A DNA stretch of 13,391 nt from Nitrospinota bacterium. Its GTDB lineage: Bacteria > Nitrospinota > Nitrospinia > Nitrospinales > VA-1. Within the stretch, counting starts at the first letter, position 1. Every line of letters begins with the position of its first letter. Below, piece by piece: positions 1 through 8,400 of this stretch. The notes under the pieces are model-generated. The model saw only the letters and a list, made by a program, of their open reading frames with translations. It searched no databases and was not told the DNA's origin. The stretch covers positions 1-13,391 of the forward strand of contig JAYNIA010000045.1 in assembly GCA_038108555.1 (NCBI GenBank), in the 5' to 3' direction. Both the position numbers and the translations under genes were made by a program.

Positions 1-2
1 AT

Positions 3-80
3 ATCGACTGCAACCCTACGCGAGAAGATGTACATCTTTTTGACATTGAGATAGGGGATAAAAAAATTCCTGAAGGATGA
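3..80 (+). CDS. Possible 3' end of a gene entering the window (…IDCNPTREDVHLFDIEIGDKKIPEG*)
   Basis: Frame 3 is open from the window edge to TGA at 78-80 and abuts the convergent stop of the cytochrome c gene at 81-83. Too short to assign a product. Confidence 0.3.
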   Translation: MDCNPTREDVHLFDIEIGDKKIPEG

Positions 81-452
81 CTATAAAGGATTAGGCTTGT
101 AGGTGTATTTGTGGCCCAAGGGATTTTGATTTGTGGAGTTCTTGGGTCCCTGATAGGTAGAAAGGTAATCGAGGATTTTTTTTCTGAGCGGTGGTTCCAA
201 ATCCCACAATCCCTGTTTTTCCTGCATCCAGGTCAAGGTCTGGTCCCATTTTTTTCTAGTCATGTGGTTTTGTAAAATTATGGCGGCGGAATGGCAAACG
301 GTACAATTTTCTAAAACCTGGTCACGTCCTTGTCCGGGTTTTAGCCCCTGAAAATCCGGATCATCACTGTAGCTCAAAGTTGGCCTGAAAAACATTAAAG
401 TAAAAAGTATTAAAACAAACAAAGATCCTTTTTCTTTAATGAGGTTTATCAT
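81..452 (-). CDS. sorB: Monoheme cytochrome c, SorB-like subunit of sulfite:cytochrome c oxidoreductase
   Basis: N-terminal hydrophobic signal, CxxCH heme motif (CTVCH), WxxTxxWMQxxQGLW segment with a candidate Met axial ligand, and a position 15 nt downstream of a sulfite-oxidase-family gene. Confidence 0.75.
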   Translation of the reverse strand: MINLIKEKGSLFVLILFTLMFFRPTLSYSDDPDFQGLKPGQGRDQVLENCTVCHSAAIILQNHMTRKKWDQTLTWMQEKQGLWDLEPPLRKKILDYLSTYQGPKNSTNQNPLGHKYTYKPNPL

Positions 453-467
453 TGGGAATGTGATTTT

Positions 468-1691
468 TCAGGTTATGGAAACGGCAATTCGGTGCATGGC
501 GTTGTTTAAATAACCTTTTGGGTTCCATCCGGGAACCACCATGGGTTGCATCACTCCCGCAGAGTCCATAGCTCTTGCCCATACTTCATAATAACCTTTT
601 TTCGGAAACTCAATCATAGCGCTCCAGTTTTGCCAGGCAAATGGATTGACAGCTGGAGCTAACTTTGTTTCCAGCCAGTTTGCTCCAAAATCAATTGATA
701 GATGAACACTCTGCACGCTTCGATCTCCCGCCCAGGCATGCCCTCTCACCATGAGTGCTTTTCCAAGTTTCCATTTGAGGCGAGACTTGGGAAAAGTGAT
801 CAGTGACTTTACCGGCATGGATTCAATAATTTTCATATCTTCTTCAGGGACATGCGCGCCGGGGGGAACTGGATTACGAGGTACCCGATAAGAATAACCC
901 GTCATTTTGGGTCCATCGTGTTCCCGGTCACGAACAAAAATTCGTCGCAACCATTTTATTGAGGTTGATCCGGGCCAACCGGGAGTAACCACTCGCAATG
1001 GATATCCGTGCAAGAGCGGAAGAGGCCTGCCGTTCATTTCCCAAACGATCAGGGTGTGTTCATCCATTGCTTTGCTGATGGGGGTTCCCCGCGAAATGGG
1101 TACTTTGTTTGGGTCCCCACTCAAGTGTAGGTCGTTTCCATAATAACCAGTGTATACGGCGGAATCTTTCAAACCGGCGGAGCGCAGTACATCTCCCAGT
1201 CGAACCCCTTTGTAGGTTGAACAACCTATGGCACCATAAGTCCATTGATTGCCTTTTGCAGTAGGGCTGAATCCCGCTCTTCCGTTTCCTCCGCATTCTA
1301 TCTGCAAAGCGTAAGTGTATTGTTTGAACCGTTTGATTTGTTCAAGAGTCAAGACCAATGGATTATGAACTTCTCCGTCCACAGTGAGTGTCCACTCTTT
1401 TGTTTCCATATCACTTTCGAAAGATGGGGGAAGTCCATTGTTCCTGACAAAATGCCTGTCGGAAGGTGTTATTTCATCATCGAGAAAGTGAGGTGGAGTT
1501 TCAGCGTTTAAGGGTCGGTTATTTAAAATTCTTAAACCATTTTTACCGGGAATGGACAATTCGCCTAAAGGATCGGCTTCAGCGGAGGTTATCCAATTTG
1601 ATGCCGAGGGATTAAGAAAAGCAAGAGTAGCTAAAGTTCCATATTTTAAAAATTCCCTGCGAGAAGCGATAGATTTCTTTCTTTTATTCAT
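468..1691 (-). CDS. sorA: Sulfite oxidase family molybdoenzyme (SorA-like sulfite dehydrogenase), Tat-exported
   Basis: Twin-arginine motif SRREFL, PLNAETP, FVRNN, Mo-ligand Cys in IECGGNGR, HGYPLR, and a C-terminal dimerisation domain (GHAWAG…WARAMD…WNPKGYLNN). Confidence 0.88.
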   Translation of the reverse strand: MNKRKKSIASRREFLKYGTLATLAFLNPSASNWITSAEADPLGELSIPGKNGLRILNNRPLNAETPPHFLDDEITPSDRHFVRNNGLPPSFESDMETKEWTLTVDGEVHNPLVLTLEQIKRFKQYTYALQIECGGNGRAGFSPTAKGNQWTYGAIGCSTYKGVRLGDVLRSAGLKDSAVYTGYYGNDLHLSGDPNKVPISRGTPISKAMDEHTLIVWEMNGRPLPLLHGYPLRVVTPGWPGSTSIKWLRRIFVRDREHDGPKMTGYSYRVPRNPVPPGAHVPEEDMKIIESMPVKSLITFPKSRLKWKLGKALMVRGHAWAGDRSVQSVHLSIDFGANWLETKLAPAVNPFAWQNWSAMIEFPKKGYYEVWARAMDSAGVMQPMVVPGWNPKGYLNNAMHRIAVSIT

Positions 1692-1747
1692 AATAAAAGT
1701 TTTGAATCTTTGGTTTCTAAGGGAGAACTTGAAATAAATAGTAGCAT
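1688..1747 (-). CDS. Candidate 19-aa upstream ORF (MLLFISSSPLETKDSKLLL) overlapping the sorA start codon
   Basis: AAAGGAG Shine-Dalgarno (1754-1760, minus strand) lies 6 nt before the ATG. The TGA stop overlaps the sorA ATG as ATGA. Confidence 0.35.
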   Translation of the reverse strand: MLLFISSSPLETKDSKLLL

Positions 1748-1912
1748 TTTTGTCTCCTTTACATAGAAAAATTTAAAAATAATTTTTGACCAAAAGCTAT
1801 GTATTTGAATTACAGGGTGAAAAGGTTTTGAATTTTAAGCAAGTAGTTGGGCAGGAGATTTTTTCTTTCCTGAATAACTGACACCCAGAAGGCTACTACC
1901 GTTTCAGTGTTA

Positions 1913-3379
1913 TCAGGTTCCGCAAAAAGTTCGGTAGGGAATGTTGCTTTTTGGAGCAGGCTCCGCATAGGCTTCGTTTCCTGGAACCTCTTCGAAGGGG
2001 TTGCTAACCACTTCCAACATTTTTGAGAATGGCACCAAATTTTTTTCATTCGCAGCAGCAGCAAGGGCTTCCTCTACTTTATGGTTCCGAGGGATGTAGA
2101 TCGGATTGACCTTATTCATTTCCCTGGCCTTTGTTTCTGTATCAATGCCATCCTGCTCGACTCTTTTTTTCCATCGCTTCTCCCAATCATCAAAAGCCTC
2201 GGGTTCTTTAATAAGGCCTCGAACGGGTTCATTGTTACCGAGTAGCGATTGTGAGAGGTTTCTAAAGACCAAGGTGAAGTCAGCCCCTTCCATTACTTTT
2301 AACAAATCGTTAACAAGTTGTTGGTCGGAAGAATCTTCTGTCGTTAATCCAATTTTGCATCGCATTCCAGCCAGCCAGTGAGATTCGTATAGGGGTTGGA
2401 TGCATTCGATGGTCTCGGTAAGTAATTCAATGGCCCTCTTTTGATCGGGATCAACAAGGGGAATCAGCGGTTCGGCCAGTCGAGCCAGGTTCCAGATTAA
2501 AATTTGAGGTTGATTGGCATATGCATAACGGCCCCCATGGTCGATAGAGCTAAATACGGTGCCTGGGGAATAACTGTCCATAAAAGCGCAAGGTCCATAG
2601 TCGATGGTTTCACCAGAGATGGTCATGTTATCGGTATTCATCACACCGTGGATGAATCCAATGCACATCCATTGAGCCACCAGTTTGGCCTGGACATCAG
2701 CAACGGCTGCGAAGAATTCCAAATAAGGATTTTCAGCTTTTGCCGCGTCCGGGTAATGTCGGGCAATGGCATAGTCAGCAAGTTTTCGCACTTTCTCTTC
2801 ATCACGGCGGGCCGCCGCGTACTGGAAAGTTCCTACACGAATATGGCTTGCAGCAACCCGGGTAAGAATGGCCCCTGGCAAAACCGTTTCACGAAAAACC
2901 TGTCCTCCGGTAGAAACTGCGGCCAGGGCTCGTGTGGTAGGAACCCTCAGGGCATGCATGGCCTCGCCAATCAGGTACTCTCGAAGTACAGGACCCACAG
3001 CGGCTTTACCATCGCCTCCACGGGAAAATGGAGTGCGACCGGAGCCTTTCAACTGAATATCACGACGTTTTTGGTTTTTGTCGATCACCTCGCCGAGAAG
3101 GAGTGCGCGTCCATCGCCTAATTGTGGGGAGAATCCTCCAAACTGGTGGCCTGCATATGCTTGTGCAATGGGTTGTGATCCTTCTGCTTTAACATTGCCT
3201 GCGAAAATTGCCAGCCCGGCTTCTGAATCTAGAGAAGTCGCATCTAGCCCGAGTTCCTCAGCTAATGAATGATTAAACTGCAACCATTCCGGAGAAACCG
3301 CCGGTTCAGCATCGACGTAGGAAAACATGCCCTCCAGACTACGGGCATAAGTATTGTCAAATGAAAATTGTGGATTCAC
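1913..3379 (-). CDS. selO: Protein adenylyltransferase SelO (YdiU/UPF0061 pseudokinase)
   Basis: AQAYAGHQFG, LGDGRA, QLKGSGRTPFSRGGDG, GFIHGVMNTDNM, TIDYGP and C-terminal YRTFCGT are all family hallmarks. GTG start. Confidence 0.95.
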   Translation of the reverse strand: MNPQFSFDNTYARSLEGMFSYVDAEPAVSPEWLQFNHSLAEELGLDATSLDSEAGLAIFAGNVKAEGSQPIAQAYAGHQFGGFSPQLGDGRALLLGEVIDKNQKRRDIQLKGSGRTPFSRGGDGKAAVGPVLREYLIGEAMHALRVPTTRALAAVSTGGQVFRETVLPGAILTRVAASHIRVGTFQYAAARRDEEKVRKLADYAIARHYPDAAKAENPYLEFFAAVADVQAKLVAQWMCIGFIHGVMNTDNMTISGETIDYGPCAFMDSYSPGTVFSSIDHGGRYAYANQPQILIWNLARLAEPLIPLVDPDQKRAIELLTETIECIQPLYESHWLAGMRCKIGLTTEDSSDQQLVNDLLKVMEGADFTLVFRNLSQSLLGNNEPVRGLIKEPEAFDDWEKRWKKRVEQDGIDTETKAREMNKVNPIYIPRNHKVEEALAAAANEKNLVPFSKMLEVVSNPFEEVPGNEAYAEPAPKSNIPYRTFCGT

Positions 3380-3513
3380 TCGTTATCTTTATCGCTATGT
3401 GACGGAAAATTTTTTGAAGAACCAAGACGTTTGGCAATGTTAAACAAAAGCATCAGCAAAATAAAAACGAATAAGATTCCATATAAGATGTATGTTTCAT
3501 CAGGGGCCTGCAT

Positions 3514-4185
3514 TTACCTGGCCTCAATCAGAACAACATTGTTTCTGGATTTCGAAATAAACGCTTCTCTTGTTAGATTCTCTTTTTGGTGTGGGGTTGC
3601 ATCAATTTTTGCTTTCTTTAAAGTGTTTTTTAACAATCTTGCTGGAATGGCATAAGGGTGAGTGCCTTCAACCGGAAATATGGATTTGGCATGGGAATCC
3701 ATCAGGACCATGCCGACAATTTCATGTTTGGAATTGAACACGGGACTTCCACTATGTACAGGCTCAATTTCCATATTTAAATCAATCAATAGGGGTGCTT
3801 GAATCGCCGAACCTTCAATTAATACATGTTGGTCTTGAAGTGTATTGGTCCAGGGGTAGCCCAGGGTAAATACCGTTTCGCTTTTGGACCCCAAACCGTT
3901 GGGGCTGATATTGAGAGGTTGCCGTTTTACTTTCACTTTATTCTGAAGTTCCAATATTGCGAGGTTGCTGGAAGGGTCAATTAGTAATACCTCAGCCAAA
4001 ATATCGTCTTCGTTGGGAAACTTTACGGTAATGACATCTGCCTCTTTTATCAGATTTGCATAGGTGAAAACATGTTTTCCATCTCCTATGAGGAAGCCGG
4101 AGCCGAGAAGGGTAAAATGGGTGTTTAAGAAAAGAACGGTCAATAAAACACCCAGAAGAATAAAGCCACCAATGGTTTTGAACAT
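3514..4185 (-). CDS. Membrane-anchored or secreted trypsin-like (S1, Trypsin_2) protease homologue, probably catalytically impaired
   Basis: N-terminal hydrophobic stretch, GSGFLI, VFTLGYP, SGSPVFN…IVGM. The triad His and Asp positions read Asn (FTYANLI, DPSSNLAIL). Confidence 0.75.
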   Translation of the reverse strand: MFKTIGGFILLGVLLTVLFLNTHFTLLGSGFLIGDGKHVFTYANLIKEADVITVKFPNEDDILAEVLLIDPSSNLAILELQNKVKVKRQPLNISPNGLGSKSETVFTLGYPWTNTLQDQHVLIEGSAIQAPLLIDLNMEIEPVHSGSPVFNSKHEIVGMVLMDSHAKSIFPVEGTHPYAIPARLLKNTLKKAKIDATPHQKENLTREAFISKSRNNVVLIEAR

Positions 4186-4293
4186 TTTACCTATCCATTT
4201 TTTAATAGATTATCGGGAAAAGTTTGCGGATTTACTTATGATAGAGTAAAGGACTTGATTCTTGGATAGTATTCCATAATAAAGGAGATCTGG

Positions 4294-4784
4294 ATGCGAA
4301 TATTTCAAATTCTATCAGCCATATTTTTTTAGTGATTGTTGTTTCTCCACTTCAAGCAACCGAACCGATGGAAAATCGGCCATTGATGACTCCACAGACT
4401 ATGGTCGAAATTCTTGGAAGTTTAGCAGATGAATCTAAAGCCGTTCCTGGTATGGTGATGTTGAAATTCAAGAGTGTGGAACTGACCTGCATCTATGACG
4501 AAACCCACGACCGCATGAGAATCATTGTACCTATCGCTGCGCAGGGAAATATCACCTCCGAGCAATTTGAAAAAGCCATGAACGCAAATTTTCACTCCGC
4601 CTTAGATGCCCGCTACGCTTTGAATAAAGGAATTTTATACGCTGCATTTATTCATCCTTTAAGTCCACTTACACGGGAACAACTTGAAAGTGCTTTTTAC
4701 CAAACACTGACCCTTGCGGTTACCTTCGGCTCGGAATACACCAGTGGTTCCTTAACATACAAGGGTAGTGGAAAGCCTTTATAA
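4294..4784 (+). CDS. Conserved hypothetical, probably secreted protein (YbjN/T3SS-chaperone-like fold tentative), frameshifted in the signal-peptide region; the open part is 4332-4784
   Basis: AAGGAG at 4282-4287 precedes ATG 4294, and that frame stops at TAG 4330-4332. One extra T in the T7 run (4324-4330) fuses it to the 4332-4784 ORF and gives a signal peptide. The body contains DRMRII…ANFHSALDARYA…FIHPL…TFG, which I recall from a hypothetical-protein family. Confidence 0.65.
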
Positions 4785-4901
4785 AAGGGGGGAATGTTGG
4801 GGGCTATTTATTTTGTTGAAAATTGGAGATGAAGTGGAGTGTCCCTCCGGTGTGGCAGAAGTGGAATAAAATTTTCCAACCTCTAACCTTAAAAGGTTCT
4901 A

Positions 4902-5816
4902 TTGAATAAACATCATTCCATGACATTGTTTGAATGGACGATGTTGATTGGGCTCGCCATCATATGGGGAGGTTCCTTCTTTTTCATTGCACTGAGCACA
5001 AAAGAACTTCCTTCGTTTACCATTGTCTTTTTAAGGGTCGGGTTGGCCTCTGTCATTCTTTGGTTGGTTTTGATGTTGACCGGTCAAAAAATGTCCGGGG
5101 ACAAAGCCATCTGGAAAATGTTTTTCAGTATCGGCCTGATCAACAATGTTTTACCCTTCTCACTCATTACCTGGGGCCAGCATCATATTGCGAGTGGATT
5201 GGCTTCAATTTTAAATGCCACCACTCCATTTTTTACCCTCCTGCTAGCTCACTTTTTAACAAAAGATGAACTTATCAGTAAGAACCGGCTCTTGGGCCTT
5301 GTTATAGGGTTTTTAGGGGTGACCTTAATAGTAGGCTTGGATTTTGTAGAAGGGGTGAGTGTTAATACTTGGGCGCAACTTGCCGTTTTAACTGCTGCTT
5401 TTTTATATGGAATTGCTATTGTTTATGGGCGAAGATTTAAAACGATGGGAATAAATCCCATCACAGCTGCCACAGGCCAGTTGACCGCATCGATGGCCAT
5501 TCTTTTCCCACTGGTTTTGTTTGTCGACTCCCCATGGACACTTCCTCTCCCGAGCCTAACTACCTGGGTGGCTATTTTTTGCTTGGGGGCTCTCTCAACA
5601 TCGTTGGCCTTCATTCTTTATTATAAACTTTTGGCCTCTGCTGGAGCGGTGAACATCAGTCTTGTTACTTTTATGATTCCGGTCAGCGCGATTGTCCTGG
5701 GTGCTTTGTTCTTAAACGAACGTTTGGAGGTTAGGCAATTTGCAGGAATGGCTGTGATTTGGTTGGGATTGGCAATAATCGATGGAAGACTTTTTAAAAC
5801 TCGGATTGTTCCTTAA
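4902..5816 (+). CDS. EamA/DMT family drug/metabolite transporter
   Basis: About 10 hydrophobic segments in two repeats, with IWGGSF, ASILNATTPFF and GALFLNERL. Start is TTG 4902 or ATG 4920. Confidence 0.92.
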   Translation: MNKHHSMTLFEWTMLIGLAIIWGGSFFFIALSTKELPSFTIVFLRVGLASVILWLVLMLTGQKMSGDKAIWKMFFSIGLINNVLPFSLITWGQHHIASGLASILNATTPFFTLLLAHFLTKDELISKNRLLGLVIGFLGVTLIVGLDFVEGVSVNTWAQLAVLTAAFLYGIAIVYGRRFKTMGINPITAATGQLTASMAILFPLVLFVDSPWTLPLPSLTTWVAIFCLGALSTSLAFILYYKLLASAGAVNISLVTFMIPVSAIVLGALFLNERLEVRQFAGMAVIWLGLAIIDGRLFKTRIVP

Positions 5817-5868
5817 TGTAACTACTTGTATTTGCGAAATTACGATTTATCCGATCGATCAGGGGCAA

Positions 5869-5935
5869 AAATAATTTAGTGATAAATCCTCTCGTGTTTT
5901 TCATTTCAAGCTGGCATTTCGCCAAGGAAACTCCC
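5869..5935 (+). repeat. Left, decayed copy of a ~68-bp direct repeat
   Basis: Manual alignment to 8610-8677 gives 56 identities in 68 columns with one gap; shared core GCATTTCGCCA(A/G)GGAAA. Confidence 0.85.
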
Positions 5936-5961
5936 CCTCAAATGTTCTTAATTCCAACTAA

Positions 5962-7977
5962 TTAATAGCGAAACTCCAGCCCAGCACCTGCGCCAAAATC
6001 TGAATGGTATTGACCGATCATTGAAATATTTTTAGAAAGGATATATTTACTTCCCAACAACCACTCTTCTTTTAGTTCTGTGTCATACTCAGTTTCTCCA
6101 AATACCATAATTCGTTCTGTTAAATATAAATTTTGCCCCAGTTCTATGCGGAGTTCACCCTTAGTATCTATTCGAAATGAACTTTCAATATTAAAGGGTA
6201 GCAAATACCGAATTCCAAAAATGCCCCGTTCGTATTCATTTAAAGTGTTTAATCCCAGATAAAGATTGAAAAAGCGATTAAAATACCGGTCATAAGCCAG
6301 TTCTACATCAAAATCCGGTTTCTTTACTCGTTGCCAACCCAATTGCCAATCAACACTAAGGATATTTCGGGTATTACTCAATACAGCTAGTCCATCTGTC
6401 ATATGAGATTGGAATTTTCCAATACTATTTCCATACCATGTATCTTTATAAAGTTTGTGACGGATTTTCCTCAAATCTATATCCAGCTCCTTGTCTTCAT
6501 AACGAACAACTCGCGCCATTCCAGATTTTGCATGGTAAAGAATATGGCAATGAAAAAACCAATCGTTATATTCCTTGGCCTCAAATTCAATTACCTGGGT
6601 TCCTAAAGGAGGAACATCTATCGTGTGTTTTAGAGGAGAGTAATCTCCCTGACCATTAAGCACTCGAAAGAAATGACCATGCAGATGCATTGGGTGGTGC
6701 ATCATTGTTTTATTAATCAACACAAACCGTATATTTTCTCCGTGGCGAATTTTAATGGTATTGCCTTTTGAAAGAGTTTCTCCATCCATAGACCATACAT
6801 AGCGTTCCATATCCCCAGTCAGAGTAAGAACGATTTCCCTTTGGGGATTTTCCCGGGGCAAACTGGATTTATTAATAGAACGCAACTTTTTATAGGGAGA
6901 CAAAGGGCGTACATTTATTTTAGATATGGAGCCCACCTTTTTGTCCATGCTTTTTTGCATAGGCATTTTCATTTTGTAGAGGTTTGGTTTCGGGACATCG
7001 GGTGCCAATATTCGCTTCCCACTGCCTAAAAAAATGGATGTGTGTCCTGATCCATCCTGGGCGGTTGCGCGTAGTTCATGAAAACCTTCTTTGGGAATTG
7101 TAACTAGCAGATCATAAGTTTCTGCTATGGCCATAAGAAAACGATCGACCTTTACAGGTTTCACATCTTTCCCATCCGTAGAAATAATTTGAACCGGACC
7201 CCCAGCAAATTGAAGATAAAAATAGGTTGCAGTAGCAGAGTTTATAAATCGTAACCGAACTTTTTCCCCCGGGTTGGCTGGAATTTTTATTTCTCTTTTT
7301 CCATTGGCTAAAAAAGCGTCGTAAGCTACATCGGAAATATCCATCGGTGGCATTCTCATTGAGCTTCTCTTAGCCACATCCCAGATTGCATTTCGTTTTA
7401 TTGCGCCCAACAGGCTTTGGTTCGTTCCTTTTTTAATACTGTAAAAATCGTTACCGCTTTTTAAAGTTCGTAAAACTTCATTTGGGTTCTCATTCGTCCA
7501 ATCCGACAGGACAATTACTTTGTCTTGATCCGAAGAGATCCTTTCACCGTCTTTTGGGGTAATAACAATGGATCCGTAAACTCCTCGTTGTTCTTGCAGA
7601 CTTGTATGGGAGTGATACCAGTAGGTTCCTGACTGTTTAATTGGAAATTCATATAAATTTGATTTCCCAGGCTCAATGGGCGGATTGGTTACATAAGGAA
7701 CACCATCTTGACGATTTGGCAAAAGAAGACCGTGCCAATGAACAGATGTTTCAACATCCATCCCGTTTTTAATGCTAATTCTGGCTATGTCTCCTTCTCG
7801 AAATCGAAGAGTGGGGCCAGGTATTGAGTTATTAATGGCCATGGCTTTTGCTTTCTTACCACTAATGTTTATGGTTTTATAATTAATATCCAATTCATAT
7901 TCGACAATGGCCCCAAAAGCCGAAGATGCAGTAATCCCAATAATTACAAATATAATGAATGAAATGATTAACTTCAT
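5962..7977 (-). CDS. CopA/PcoA-type multicopper oxidase with a C-terminal outer-membrane beta-barrel-like (CopB-like) extension
   Basis: Four Cu-binding motifs (VHWHG, YWYHSH, HHPMHLHGH, FHCHILYHAKSGM), Met-rich inserts, a Sec-type signal peptide, and about 160 C-terminal residues of amphipathic beta pattern ending GAGLEFRY. Confidence 0.9.
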   Translation of the reverse strand: MKLIISFIIFVIIGITASSAFGAIVEYELDINYKTINISGKKAKAMAINNSIPGPTLRFREGDIARISIKNGMDVETSVHWHGLLLPNRQDGVPYVTNPPIEPGKSNLYEFPIKQSGTYWYHSHTSLQEQRGVYGSIVITPKDGERISSDQDKVIVLSDWTNENPNEVLRTLKSGNDFYSIKKGTNQSLLGAIKRNAIWDVAKRSSMRMPPMDISDVAYDAFLANGKREIKIPANPGEKVRLRFINSATATYFYLQFAGGPVQIISTDGKDVKPVKVDRFLMAIAETYDLLVTIPKEGFHELRATAQDGSGHTSIFLGSGKRILAPDVPKPNLYKMKMPMQKSMDKKVGSISKINVRPLSPYKKLRSINKSSLPRENPQREIVLTLTGDMERYVWSMDGETLSKGNTIKIRHGENIRFVLINKTMMHHPMHLHGHFFRVLNGQGDYSPLKHTIDVPPLGTQVIEFEAKEYNDWFFHCHILYHAKSGMARVVRYEDKELDIDLRKIRHKLYKDTWYGNSIGKFQSHMTDGLAVLSNTRNILSVDWQLGWQRVKKPDFDVELAYDRYFNRFFNLYLGLNTLNEYERGIFGIRYLLPFNIESSFRIDTKGELRIELGQNLYLTERIMVFGETEYDTELKEEWLLGSKYILSKNISMIGQYHSDFGAGAGLEFRY

Positions 7978-8130
7978 ATCCCGATGCCTTTATATTGAAA
8001 TCAAATGAGGCGCAATGCAGTCGTACCTCTTCCAACTAAGGCAAACAGGACAAACCTATAGACTCAAATTTGCTGAGCCCAGGCACAACTCATGCGCGTA
8101 ATTTAAATAAGTGACAAACTTAAAGGCAAT
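7978..8130 (-). promoter_or_regulatory. Structured intercistronic leader with an anti-SD/SD pairing
   Basis: On the mRNA, UGCCUUUA (8128-8121) is exactly complementary to UAAAGGCA (7992-7985), which contains the AAAGG RBS of the oxidase. An internal hairpin GGCUCAG-CAAAU-UUGAGUC is also present. Confidence 0.55.
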
Positions 8131-8400
8131 TTAACCTTTTGGAGGAGGAAAAGGAGGAGCATCCAAGCAGGATTGCAAAGAAATAGGCTCGCGAAAAATT
8201 TGCGAGGTCTTCGAAAAGAAGAGTTTTAAACCTGAAGAATTTATGGTTGCAGGTATAAAACAATTATTACAAGTGGTTTGAGTCATGCATTTTGAGTCAT
8301 CCATGTGATTCATAGATGCTGCGGATATATTTGCAGAAACCAGACTTACAAAAAAGACAAATAAAACTAAATAAATTTTTCTTTTTTTGGAATGAGTCAT
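8131..8400 (-). CDS. CutF/CruR(DUF2946)-like small leader protein (signal peptide, CxxC, polyproline C-terminus)
   Basis: KKRK followed by a hydrophobic signal, then MNHM…C…CNNC and C-terminal DAPPFPPPKG. Lies directly upstream of, and co-oriented with, a multicopper oxidase. Confidence 0.7.
   Translation of the reverse strand: MTHSKKRKIYLVLFVFFVSLVSANISAASMNHMDDSKCMTQTTCNNCFIPATINSSGLKLFFSKTSQIFREPISLQSCLDAPPFPPPKG

Noticed and set aside
25..38. Perfect 14-bp palindrome AAGATGTACATCTT
   Set aside because: It lies inside a probable coding 3' end with no regulatory context and is compatible with chance.
1871..1924. selO ends C-G-T-TGA-TAA followed by an imperfect hairpin, which could suggest CxxU selenocysteine recoding with a SECIS element
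   Set aside because: TFCGT* is the normal bacterial SelO C-terminus and its Cys already occupies the Sec-equivalent position. Sec would be the terminal residue and the hairpin is weak. A tandem stop is the simpler reading.
5844..5888. Inverted repeat GATTTATC…GATAAATC between eamA and the oxidase
   Set aside because: An AT-rich 8-bp stem with a 29-nt loop is too weak to call a terminator or an element end.
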